A stretch of 64,000 bases of DNA from Candidatus Latescibacterota bacterium. GTDB taxonomy: Bacteria; Latescibacterota; UBA2968. Within the stretch, counting starts at the first letter, position 1; every line of letters starts with the position of its first letter. The notes under the pieces were generated by a model. The model was not told the DNA's origin, did not search any database, and was given only the letters and a program-made list of their open reading frames with translations. Below are positions 32,748 to 42,498 of this stretch, in pieces. A program made the translations under genes and the position numbers. The stretch lies in assembly GCA_965198115.1 (NCBI GenBank), contig OZ240241.1:2304001-2368000 (forward strand), written 5' to 3'.

Positions 32748-33619
32748 GTGAACCGATCCGGACTCGCGTGAACGAGGATGGATACATCGTTGCCCGAAAC
32801 GTCCTTTCCGATCGCGAAATCGAAATGATGCAGGCAGAGATGGATGCGATGATCACCTCTTCTCCGATCGATTCCGCTACGCCCACCGATTGGAACGGCC
32901 GCGCCGACGATCATCCCGAGGACTTCTCCTTCGACTGCGGGGACGACGGATCACCGATTCTGAAGAGGATCAGCAATCAGCTTGCTCGATCCCGGGTGAT
33001 GCGCACGGTCTATGGGAATCCCAATCTCCTGGCGCTTGTTGAGGAGGTATACGGTCGATCGTTCGTCCCATTCGCCGAATCGATCGTCATCAAGCTTCCA
33101 GAAAACGGATCCGCTTTCGCCTACCACCAGGACGGGAAGCGCTACGACATCCAGGACCGTGGACTAAATCTCGGTATCTACCTGCACCCATCGACCCAGG
33201 ACAACGGGTGCCTCCGAGTCGTTCCCGGATCACACCTGAATGGACTGATCGACGTCCATTCCCTTGCGGAAAACCACGGCCCGATCTTGCCCGACAACGT
33301 TCCCGTAGAAGCAGAGACCGGTGACATCACTATTCACGACCGTAGCGTGATTCACGGATCGTTGCCCAACTCATCCCCGGATCTTCGTATCACTATCTAT
33401 TTTGGATTCCACAAGCTTGAATCCGTCGAATCGATCCACGACGAAGAGCACATCCGAAAGCGAGCTCAGGTCGTAAGTCTTTGCATCCGCGAAAGACAGG
33501 CATCCGGAGAGTTTGTAGACGAGAAGCCCTACGAATACGCTCTGTCGGGGTTCGCCCCTTCACCCGACACAGACGACGAAATCGAAACGGTGCTGCGAGC
33601 ACCAGCACTTGGGATCTGA
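32744..33619 (+). CDS. PhyH family protein
   Basis: YHQD, NGCLRVVPGSH, IHGSLPN. Confidence 0.88.
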   Translation: MSEPIRTRVNEDGYIVARNVLSDREIEMMQAEMDAMITSSPIDSATPTDWNGRADDHPEDFSFDCGDDGSPILKRISNQLARSRVMRTVYGNPNLLALVEEVYGRSFVPFAESIVIKLPENGSAFAYHQDGKRYDIQDRGLNLGIYLHPSTQDNGCLRVVPGSHLNGLIDVHSLAENHGPILPDNVPVEAETGDITIHDRSVIHGSLPNSSPDLRITIYFGFHKLESVESIHDEEHIRKRAQVVSLCIRERQASGEFVDEKPYEYALSGFAPSPDTDDEIETVLRAPALGI

Positions 33620-33635
33620 GAGCGGGAGGTCGACA

Positions 33636-34487
33636 TTGAGTCACGGAATCAATCAGAAACGGAAACAGTTCGAGCGAGATGGCTTCTACATCTTCAAGAG
33701 TATTCTCGACACCCAGATGATCTACGACCTCAACGAACTCTGCGACGAGATCCTGGCTCAGCAGGAACCCGATTACTTCGAGATGCACCGTACGACTGGC
33801 AGTATGATCCTGATCGACTACGAGATGGCCTATCAGCACCGCCTGATGGGTGATTTCATCGCGCACGCCAATGTGTTGGACGCCCTCGGCCAACTGGGCT
33901 TCGACGATCCGAAATTCGGCCACGGACGAATCATCACGAAACCTCCGCACAGCCCGCCCCTCTTCTGGCACGAGGACGGTCGCTTCTGGAACGACCCCGT
34001 CAGCTACACAACACAGCCGATTCAGGTCTTCCTGATGTACTACCTCGTCGACACGACCCCCGAAAACGGCTGTCTCCGCGTCGTACCTGGCTCGCACTTG
34101 AAGCGCCATCCCCTTCACGACCAGATATCTGAAAGCCACACGGATGAGCTCAGAACGTATGCGAATCCTGACGATCCCGGTTTCTCCCACGTAGATGACG
34201 AAATCGACGTGCCGGTCAAGGCGGGCGACCTCGTCGTCGGCTACGGCAGCCTGCTCCACGCCTCTCACGCGAACAAGTCGGAATTGCGACGCACCGTACT
34301 CACGATGTGGTACTATCCCGATTACGTGAACCTGCCTGAACGTACTCAGGTGACTGTCGCCACATCGGAGAAACGCAGCCCGCCACCGAGCGACGAACCG
34401 ATTCCCGAACTCGAGGCACTCAGGATCGAGTATCACGGAAACGCGGAACCGATCGAGATCGAATGGGTACCGAAGGGCTTGAAGTAA
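33636..34487 (+). CDS. PhyH family protein
   Basis: WHED, ENGCLRVVPGSH, LHAS; TTG start after GGGAGG. Confidence 0.88.
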   Translation: MSHGINQKRKQFERDGFYIFKSILDTQMIYDLNELCDEILAQQEPDYFEMHRTTGSMILIDYEMAYQHRLMGDFIAHANVLDALGQLGFDDPKFGHGRIITKPPHSPPLFWHEDGRFWNDPVSYTTQPIQVFLMYYLVDTTPENGCLRVVPGSHLKRHPLHDQISESHTDELRTYANPDDPGFSHVDDEIDVPVKAGDLVVGYGSLLHASHANKSELRRTVLTMWYYPDYVNLPERTQVTVATSEKRSPPPSDEPIPELEALRIEYHGNAEPIEIEWVPKGLK

Positions 34488-34498
34488 GCGAGAAAAAT

Positions 34499-34858
34499 AT
34501 GACTGGAGCAGATTGGAAAATCACCGCCACGCGACCGGTGTTGATCGTCTCCGACATTACGAAAGCGATCGAATTCTACATTCGAATTGGCTTTGAGGAG
34601 GCTTTCCGGAACGACATCGTCTACGCCGTGATGAGAATGGGCGACTTCACGCTCCATCTTGGAACGCATATGGAATACGAGGGAGCCGGTCAGTCACAAG
34701 CCGTGATCGAGATCGAAGGTGTTGAAGCGTACTATGCGTTCTGCCGGCAGCAAGGCGTCGAGATCGAGCGGGAACTACAGGAGCAGTTCTACGGAATGGT
34801 TGACTTCAGACTAAGGGATCCCGACGGCAACGTCATTACCTTCGGCGAGAAGCGTTAG
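34499..34858 (+). CDS. VOC/glyoxalase (bleomycin-resistance-like) protein
   Basis: VSDITKAIEFY..GF, YGMVDFRLRDPDGNVI. Confidence 0.85.
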   Translation: MTGADWKITATRPVLIVSDITKAIEFYIRIGFEEAFRNDIVYAVMRMGDFTLHLGTHMEYEGAGQSQAVIEIEGVEAYYAFCRQQGVEIERELQEQFYGMVDFRLRDPDGNVITFGEKR

Positions 34859-34865
34859 CTCAGAT

Positions 34866-35222
34866 ATGATCAAGTATATGTGTTCTCTTCTCGTCGACGG
34901 GAAACGATGGGTTTGGGATGTCGAGCGTCTGTGGCGCATCACAGCGGATATTCCCGTCAAACGAGTGGCCATCGACGACCTGGAGTGCCTGGACAGAGAT
35001 GGTTGGTTCGGGACGCACACGGTCCCCACCCTCCGCAACATCGCCGACCACTGCCAGCGTGCCCTCGAGAGCGATCTCTCACGTCCCATCATCCTGAACG
35101 CCGACGGCAGCCTGATGGACGGCGGCCACCGAATCCTGAAAGCCCTCCTCGAAGGACGCACCACCATCGACGCCGTTCGGTTCGAAACAATACCCGAACC
35201 CGACGAGATCAGAGATGAGTGA
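34866..35222 (+). CDS. Small ParB/Srx-like N-terminal domain protein
   Basis: PIIL..LMDGGHRILKA. Confidence 0.6.
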   Translation: MIKYMCSLLVDGKRWVWDVERLWRITADIPVKRVAIDDLECLDRDGWFGTHTVPTLRNIADHCQRALESDLSRPIILNADGSLMDGGHRILKALLEGRTTIDAVRFETIPEPDEIRDE

Positions 35223-35375
35223 ACCACGACCCGTCTGCGGTCAGAGACCCTTTCCACCCACAAAGGGGCGAAGCCGTCTCTCCGCCCACAGCCGACCGCC
35301 CACAGCCTGCCCGCCGAAACGACGAAGTCGCGTAGAGGGGTACACCGTCTACCCCCTTAGAATGGGGTCCAAGGT

Positions 35376-37508
35376 ATGACGATCACGCCCTCGAACTACG
35401 AGCATCTATCACCGCACGGTGATCTCGACTCGGTGCTCGGGCGTTCAATTGCGCATCTCTTGGAGATTCCCAAAGAACGGCTTTTCGCCGATTTCAATCG
35501 TAAGCCCGGAAGCTGGGCGTACGGCGGTGATTTCGTCTCCCGCTGGCTGGACGGGTTCGCACACTACCAGAGGATGCCCGACTATCGCGACCTGGACAGC
35601 GGGATTCTGGACGTAGCCGAGCGGATCATTGCTTTCCAGTCGCCGGACGGATTCTTCGGGAAGAACTACATCGTCAACGAATACACCGGCACACTTCAGG
35701 TCGCGGAGGCGCTTCTCGGGGTCTACGACACGTTTTCCTACCAGCCCGCATTGGAAAGTGCTGGAAGAGCCCTCGATTTCTTCTACGAATACGTGCTGCC
35801 GGTGGGTAGGGGCACGATCGAACCCGAGGCGGATCCGTTCGCAGCTCCGGTGAAAAGGCAGCGAACGAAGATTCTCCCGGACGCAGCCGTACCGATGATC
35901 TTCGGATATCGCTACTTCTATGGGATCCAGGCGTTCTCCCGCTACTTCGAGATCACCGGTGATCGGCGCGGCTTGGACTATGTCTCGAACGTCTTTTCAG
36001 AATGCGATGTCTTCGGACCGTGCGATGACTACGAGCGGATCACGGGCAACCTGCACGTGCTCATCCATATCTACCGCGGGCTTCTCGCCTTCGGGCACTG
36101 CACTCAGGATGCAGAGGTGCTCGCGAAGGTTGTCGAATTCTGGGAGTGGGTGAAGGAGACGAAGTCCTGGATCTCCGGCGGTATTCAGGAATGGCTCATC
36201 GCCACCACATCTTCGGAAACGACGATAGAGGACAACGACGCGCTCTTCTACACGGGAGAGAAGCAGGGACGAGACAAGATCGACGAGACGTGTACGGTAT
36301 CCGACTGGATGATGCTCGGTTTCGATCTCTACCGAGCCACTGGCGAGAGTCGCTTCTTGGATACCGGAGAGCGCACGTTCGTGGATCACCACCGTTTCGA
36401 TTTCGCGGCGAACGGAGGATGGTGCGGTCACCGCGGGCTCTGGGGTGACACCGGGAGTGTGTGGGATTGCTGCTGTTCCCATCACGGACCACGCTGCCTC
36501 GTCGATGCACTGCGGTATGCCGCTGTGTCCGTCGATGAAGAGGCTGTGGTCAACCTCTACGTTCCCGTGGAAACGCGTGTCGAAACGAAGACCGGGGTCG
36601 CCCACGTGACCATCGATCCCGAAGCGGACGGCTCGGGGGCGACCATCACATTCGGCGAGCAGACCCGGGGCGAGTTTTCGTTACGTCTCCGATGCCCTGA
36701 ATGGAGCGATGGACTCAGGGTCGATGGACAAACCGCGACACGGGGCTCCCACCTCAGCGTTGCCGAGAAATGGGCGCCCGGTAGGAGCATTCGCGTCCAC
36801 TTCGACGCGCGCAACGAGCTACAGATCTGCACCCGGGGCCCCGGGATCTGCATCGGATCGGCGGGTCGTGCCGTAGCCGCGCTACGTCACGGTCCCTACA
36901 CATACGCCCTTCGCGATGCCGATGTGGGTGACTTCGGATTGACATCGGAGCGGGTACGCATTGAGCGATCGTCCAACCCTGAGTTTCAGAAGCTTCACCT
37001 GAGCGTGCCGGAAGCCGTCGATACGCTGATCACGCACCACGACGGTGCCCCTACGCTGACATTCAGGATATTCGTCGATGACGAGCTCGTCTACGCCGGG
37101 GAACGGCGAAGTTTCGTGGAAGTGCCGCTGACCGGCGCAAGCGAAGTCATTCTCGAAACCAGTTCCGGTTCTTCGGACGTCTCTCCGGCGCTCGGGCGCT
37201 GGCACAACTGCCGCGTACTCACTGCCGACGGCAACATCACCTTTCTCGATACGACCTCGCCGAACGGTGGAGATCAGTTTCTCCGGCGAATCTATTTCAG
37301 AGAAGAAACGAAAGCCAGCGAGTGGCATCCCGATGGCAGTGTGACCGCCGACATCCACGACGATGTAGGCACCGCGCAGTCCGTCCGACTCGTTCCTCTG
37401 GTACAGATCGAAAACGAGCTCGAGGACCCTAACTACGACCTCGGGGGTACCGTGCTGCCGTTTCTCAAACCAGTGGCCTTCCGGGCAATGCTTCCGCTGC
37501 TCGAATAG
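35376..37508 (+). CDS. GH127-like beta-L-arabinofuranosidase family protein
   Basis: DETC, CCCSHHG, VNLY, LRLRCPEW, ALRHGP. Confidence 0.75.
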   Translation: MTITPSNYEHLSPHGDLDSVLGRSIAHLLEIPKERLFADFNRKPGSWAYGGDFVSRWLDGFAHYQRMPDYRDLDSGILDVAERIIAFQSPDGFFGKNYIVNEYTGTLQVAEALLGVYDTFSYQPALESAGRALDFFYEYVLPVGRGTIEPEADPFAAPVKRQRTKILPDAAVPMIFGYRYFYGIQAFSRYFEITGDRRGLDYVSNVFSECDVFGPCDDYERITGNLHVLIHIYRGLLAFGHCTQDAEVLAKVVEFWEWVKETKSWISGGIQEWLIATTSSETTIEDNDALFYTGEKQGRDKIDETCTVSDWMMLGFDLYRATGESRFLDTGERTFVDHHRFDFAANGGWCGHRGLWGDTGSVWDCCCSHHGPRCLVDALRYAAVSVDEEAVVNLYVPVETRVETKTGVAHVTIDPEADGSGATITFGEQTRGEFSLRLRCPEWSDGLRVDGQTATRGSHLSVAEKWAPGRSIRVHFDARNELQICTRGPGICIGSAGRAVAALRHGPYTYALRDADVGDFGLTSERVRIERSSNPEFQKLHLSVPEAVDTLITHHDGAPTLTFRIFVDDELVYAGERRSFVEVPLTGASEVILETSSGSSDVSPALGRWHNCRVLTADGNITFLDTTSPNGGDQFLRRIYFREETKASEWHPDGSVTADIHDDVGTAQSVRLVPLVQIENELEDPNYDLGGTVLPFLKPVAFRAMLPLLE

Positions 37509-37640
37509 CGTGGATCACGACCGACGCCGTTCGGTTTGGAAATGCTCGAACCCGATGAAGTCAGGGATAAGCAACTTTCACTCGCGTAAGGACGTGACCA
37601 CTCTTCCCGCCCACCGCCGACAGCCCACAGTCGTAGCAGT

Positions 37641-37685
37641 ACATCCTGAGCACCTCGACTACGCTCGGCACAGGCTCCGTCGAAG
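37641..37685. repeat. REP with nested 27-bp unit (37652..37678)
   Basis: CATCCTGAGC[ACCTCGACTACGCTCGGCACAGGCTCC]GTCGAAG. Confidence 0.65.
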
Positions 37686-37715
37686 CTGCTCCCACCGTAC
37701 ACCCTCTTAAACTCA

Positions 37716-38570
37716 ATGCTCGATTCAACTCCCAACCTCGTCTCCGTCCACGGCGGCCACAGCGGCCAGTTCTGCAGCCACGCCGAGGATACGCTCGAAG
37801 AGATTGTTAGAACCTATATCGACAAAGGTTTCGCGTGGTTCGGCATCACCGAACACGTCCCACCCCTGTCCGATCGTTTCATGTTTCCGGAAGAAATCGA
37901 GGAAGGGCTGACCGCCGAACGAATGCGCAGTCGCTTCGAGGAATACTTCTCCGTCGCCCGGGATCTTCAGAAGCGGTACACGGGTTCGATTCGGATTCTG
38001 GTCGGGTTCGAGACGGAAGGCTACACGGGATTCGAAGACCACGTCACCAGCCTGAGGGAGCACTACAAGCCTGACTACATCGTCGGGTCCGTACACCACG
38101 TACACGATATCCCCATCGACGGATCGAAAGAGAGCTATCAAGAGGCCATCGGGCTGTCGGGAAGCATCGAAAATCTCTACTGTGAATACTTCGATCGACA
38201 ACTGATCCTGTTGGATGCTCTGAGTCCCGAAGTTGTCGGCCACTTCGACCTGATTCGAATCCACGATCCCGGATATCCTGATCGTCTCGAAACACTCGAA
38301 ATCAAAGACAGGATTCTCCGCAATCTGGAGAAGGTCCGAGAACTGGGATCGATCCTCGACTTCAATGTCCGCGCGTTCGAAAAGGGCGCGACGGAACCCT
38401 ATGTTGCTCCCTCGATTCTCGAATTGGCTCTCGACCTGGCGATCCCGTGCGTTCCGGGCGATGACTCCCACGGCGTCGCCGGTGTTGGCCTCCACGTGCA
38501 AAAGGGCATCGCCATTCTGAAGGAACACGGTTTCTCAACCGATTGGCCCACACCGGGTCGTATCCACTGA
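37716..38570 (+). CDS. hisJ: Histidinol-phosphatase, PHP (HisJ) family
   Basis: VHGGHS..H, ITEH, GFE, GSVHH, GHFD, GDDSH. Confidence 0.8.
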   Translation: MLDSTPNLVSVHGGHSGQFCSHAEDTLEEIVRTYIDKGFAWFGITEHVPPLSDRFMFPEEIEEGLTAERMRSRFEEYFSVARDLQKRYTGSIRILVGFETEGYTGFEDHVTSLREHYKPDYIVGSVHHVHDIPIDGSKESYQEAIGLSGSIENLYCEYFDRQLILLDALSPEVVGHFDLIRIHDPGYPDRLETLEIKDRILRNLEKVRELGSILDFNVRAFEKGATEPYVAPSILELALDLAIPCVPGDDSHGVAGVGLHVQKGIAILKEHGFSTDWPTPGRIH

Positions 38571-38616
38571 GAGGACCGCGTTTTCCTGACTTCTGACCTC
38601 CGACCGCTCTTCTCTT

Positions 38617-38832
38617 ATGTCACCACAGGAACTCGCCCGGCATCTTCGTGATATCCACACGTCTGCTGACGCCTACCGACCAGAATTACCGCACGTCGTC
38701 GAGGGGGGTTACATCGGATGGGCAGGCGTGACGGAGAACTACAGAGGATCCCAGTTATTTTTCGGATCGAAAATGTTGGAGCTGCTTTACGGTTCCTTGC
38801 AGGGCGATTGCGTTGGCGAGCACCCCACTTGA
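38617..38832 (+). pseudogene. Truncated paralog of the 41711 GNAT-like gene
   Basis: First 29 aa (LARHLRDIHTSADAYRPELPHVVE) match the ORF at 41711. Confidence 0.6.
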
Positions 38833-38870
38833 GGAAGGTGCAGTAAACTGATTTCAACAAGAGGAAGAGA

Positions 38871-39965
38871 GTGAGTCAGCAGACCAGATCGAACATCCTG
38901 AAGATCCTGGAAGTCATCGTAACCCTCTATCTGTTCCTGCTCAGCATCAAACTACTGGGGCACTCGTTCAAGCTGTTCGGCAGGGGCTTTGCGGAAGGAA
39001 TGATCGAGTTTACGTCTGATCCGATCGTGGGTCTGATGACAGGCATTGTGGCCACAAGTCTGATTCAGAGCTCCTCCACGACGACTTCCATCGTGGTAAG
39101 TCTGGTGGCTGGCGGCGCGCTTTCTCTCAATACCGCCATTCCCATCATTATGGGAGCGAACATCGGGACCACGATTACCAACACGTTGGTCTCCATCGGC
39201 CACATCACGCACCGCCTGGAGTTCAGACGCGCGTTCTCGGCTAGTGTCGTCCACGACTTTTTCAACATCTGCGCGGTGATCCTGTTTTTTCCCATCGAAT
39301 TGAAGTTCCACCTGGTCGCAAAGATTGCTACCGGCCTGGAGAAGTCGTTTTCCGGAGCCGGGGGAATGAAATTGTTCAACCCGCTCAAGGCAGTTCTCGA
39401 TCCAGTCATCAAATCGGTCACCCACCTGTTCTCTGCTGTCCCGTATTCGAACATCGTCCTGATGGTGTTTTCAATCGTGCTCATGTTCGCGGCTCTGAGC
39501 TTCCTGATCCGAACCATCAGATCCCTGGTTTTGGAGAAGATCGAAATGATCATTCAAAACTACCTGTTCAGGAACGATGTCCTGGCTCTCGTTCTGGGGT
39601 TGTTGATGACCGCCGTCGTACAGAGCAGTTCGATCACGACTTCCCTCATCATCCCTCTGGCCGGGGCGGGTTTGGTAACGATCCGGCAGATTTTCCCCTA
39701 CACCTTGGGCTCGAATCTGGGAACGACGATGACGGCCATTCTGGCGGCGATGGCCACGCAGAATCACATCGCCGTAACAGTCGCTTTCTCTCATCTCTGC
39801 TTCAACATTCTGGGAATGGCTATCTTTTATCCTTTGAGGTCCATTCCCATCCGCCTGGCTGAGTTTGTGGGTGGGAAAGCGAGCGAATCGAAGAGAAATC
39901 TGGTGTCCTTCATCGTGATCTACATCTTGCTGCATTTTATCCCGATAGTTTTCGTCGTAATCTGA
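38871..39965 (+). CDS. nptA: Na+/phosphate symporter (NptA/SLC34 family)
   Basis: Twin QSSS repeats, MGANIGTTITN, LGSNLGTT. Confidence 0.9.
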   Translation: MSQQTRSNILKILEVIVTLYLFLLSIKLLGHSFKLFGRGFAEGMIEFTSDPIVGLMTGIVATSLIQSSSTTTSIVVSLVAGGALSLNTAIPIIMGANIGTTITNTLVSIGHITHRLEFRRAFSASVVHDFFNICAVILFFPIELKFHLVAKIATGLEKSFSGAGGMKLFNPLKAVLDPVIKSVTHLFSAVPYSNIVLMVFSIVLMFAALSFLIRTIRSLVLEKIEMIIQNYLFRNDVLALVLGLLMTAVVQSSSITTSLIIPLAGAGLVTIRQIFPYTLGSNLGTTMTAILAAMATQNHIAVTVAFSHLCFNILGMAIFYPLRSIPIRLAEFVGGKASESKRNLVSFIVIYILLHFIPIVFVVI

Positions 39966-39993
39966 TGATAGAAATTTGAGACGAGGTGAGACG

Positions 39994-40659
39994 ATGTGGA
40001 AAAACCTGATCAAGATCTGGCGAACGGATAACCTCCTCAATGACGCCTGGGGCGAATCCTTCCAGATGCTCCAGATCGACCAGGAAATGTTCCTGGAGGC
40101 GGTCCGGGTCCTGCGGGAAACGGACGGTGCGACGGAGAGCGCAGGCATTCTGAGAATGGATGCGAAGGTTGATGCGTACGAGCAGGAAGTGCGAAGAAAA
40201 CTCATGACACACTGTTCCGTTCAGGGACCGTCGGAAATGCCCCAGAGTATGGTTCTGGTTACGCTTGTGATCGATCTGGAGCGCATAGGGGACTACGTCA
40301 AGAACATCGTGAATCTGGCTGTCAACCATCCTCGCAGACTGGAGGGGGGGCATTTGGAAGGGGATCTGCGGCGTGTGGAAGAAGCGGTGAAACATAATTT
40401 CGTCCGCACCAGGGAATGCCTGGACCCTCCCGATGAGGAGTTGGCGTCGGAGATCCTGGAAGAAACGAAGTGGATAAGTCGAGTGTGCGACGATAGTCTG
40501 ATGAGCCTGGTCAAGGAGGAGGAAGCCGGCATAGCTTCCGGGCAGGCCGTTTCTCTGGCGCTGTATTTTCGTTGGCTGAAACGAATCAATTCGCACCTGG
40601 GTGACATCGCAACAAGTGTGGTATACCCCTTCGACCGGATCGGTTTCAAACCCAAATAA
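39994..40659 (+). CDS. PhoU domain protein
   Basis: D..VD..E, DLERIGDYVKNI, LKRINSH. Confidence 0.82.
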   Translation: MWKNLIKIWRTDNLLNDAWGESFQMLQIDQEMFLEAVRVLRETDGATESAGILRMDAKVDAYEQEVRRKLMTHCSVQGPSEMPQSMVLVTLVIDLERIGDYVKNIVNLAVNHPRRLEGGHLEGDLRRVEEAVKHNFVRTRECLDPPDEELASEILEETKWISRVCDDSLMSLVKEEEAGIASGQAVSLALYFRWLKRINSHLGDIATSVVYPFDRIGFKPK

Positions 40660-40749
40660 CCGATGCTCTTCAGCTCCTACCCCTGAATCAATCGTCAACG
40701 CCACGAGAATCTTTTCACCATCTGGAGACAGCCAGCAGATCGGAGAACG

Positions 40750-41345
40750 ATGAGCAGCCTACGAATAGCCGGCATCTTGACGGTCCCCGTTCGTGATGGT
40801 GACTACAAAAACCGCAACTACCTTCGCGCTCCACGAAGTCGAATTCCAAGAAGCCGTCCTGCGGGAAGCCTGATCCGCCAAGGAGATACGGGCCAGGGTG
40901 AGCAGCTATCTCGACTATCTCACGACCCCGAGTGATGTCCTGAAGACCAGGACGTTCGAAGTCGTTCAAGTCGCACTGAACCGATACGGTATCATGATGC
41001 TCAGATAGAAGAGATCCACGAATCCAGCATTGCCCTGATTGGCGTGATCAAATTGCGTATCACCCCAAGGAAAGGTGAAGGGATGTATCTTTTGAGCATC
41101 CACTGCCGCCTGCCCTATTGGGGCGTGAATACGTCACGCGAATCCATAGAGTCCTATCTGGATTGGCTGCTCTACCTGCGACAGGAAAGCGAATTTACCG
41201 TCCAGGACCCCCTGCCGAACGCAAAGGGAGACCTGGTCACCGAAGTCCCGATCGGTGTGGCTGATGAGGAACCTCTTTTCGCCATCCTGCACCGATGGCT
41301 CGATGGTGAGGACCTTCCCGACGGGGGCAAGGACCACCTGGAACG
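40750..41345 (+). pseudogene. Fragmented hypothetical gene(s)
   Basis: Short ORFs 40750 and 41044; the latter runs into the hisJ remnant. Confidence 0.35.
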
Positions 41346-41348
41346 GTC

Positions 41349-41575
41349 GGATCGATCTTCGATTTCAACGTCCGCGCCTTCGAGAAGGGTGCTTCAGAAC
41401 CTTACGTTGCACCCTCGATAAATTGAAGTGTTACGGGACCTCGGGATCGCGTGCGTACCAGGCGATGACTCCCACCGTATTGCCGGTGTTGGCCTCCACG
41501 CGGAAAAGGGGATCACCATCCTAAAAAAGCGCGGTTTCCCAACGGACTGGCCGGTTCCGGGTCATCGATCCATGA
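41349..41575 (+). pseudogene. Diverged 3' fragment of hisJ
   Basis: GSIFDFNVRAFEKGASEPYVAPSI..IACVPGDDSH.IAGVGLH..GFPTDWP, homologous to 38346..38570. Confidence 0.85.
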
Positions 41576-41633
41576 ATGGTCGTTCTGATGTACGACGAAA
41601 GTTCTCCAGACGGAATCAACGCGTTATCCAATA

Positions 41634-41665
41634 ACCGACACTTCGACTCCGCTCAGTGTGACGGT
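41634..41665. repeat. REP-like unit ACCGACACTTCGACTCCGCTCAGTGTGACGGT
   Basis: Copies at 7323 and 48058. Confidence 0.75.
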
Positions 41666-41710
41666 GTCTTGCTGCTGAACTCCTGAACACTGCGGTTACC
41701 GGGCCCCGCT

Positions 41711-42387
41711 GTGACACCACTGATCCTCGCCAGAACCCTCCGCGACATCCACACGACGGCTGATGCATACCGGCCAGACCTACCCCGGGTCGTCGAGGAC
41801 ATCGGCGACGCCTACGTTACCCTAGATTCCACCAATGACTCTCGCTATCCATTCGCGAACCTGAACGCCGTTCACTTCCTGGGCTGCACGGAATCCGTGG
41901 TATTGGACGATGTGGACAAGGCTGTTGTGCTGTTCGTCGAGGCGGGCTGTCCTCATTTCTTCCTCTGGCTGAGTCCTTCCGACCAAATTGAGTCGATCAG
42001 GAGTTGGTTGCCCGAACGCGGATTCAAGCCGTTCAAAGGCACAGGCTATCCAACGCTGCTCCGTACTGCCGAGCCTATGGAGCCCCACGATACGACATTG
42101 GAAGTGAGGCCACTGACATCCTCGGATGCTTGCTCCTGGATGAAGCCACGTCCGCGCTCGATGCCCTTTCCGAACAGCAGATCAAGGAAGCCATAGAGAC
42201 CGTCCGACGGGATCGCACCACCATCGTCATCGCCCATCGACTCTCCACGATCCAACACGCCGACCGTATCCTCGTGCTCGAAGACAACGGCAGCGTCGTC
42301 GAAATCGGCACAAAGGCAGAGCTGCTTTCCCGAGATGGACTCTTCCGAAAATTCTGGGACGCTCAGTCTCTTGATGATCTGTCATAG
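41711..42387 (+). pseudogene. Deletion chimera: GNAT-like N-terminus joined to an ABC-transporter ATPase C-terminus
   Basis: After ~42128: [30 protein letters not shown] (Walker B, H-loop); no Walker A or TM domain. Confidence 0.8.
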
Positions 42388-42498
42388 CCCGGTTTCGCAG
42401 CATCACATGCCCGGGGTATCGAAGCACCGCAGCAGGCAGTACTTTACCAACATCCACTGAAGTGGGCACCCAATCTGCTGATCATTCTTCGACAACGT

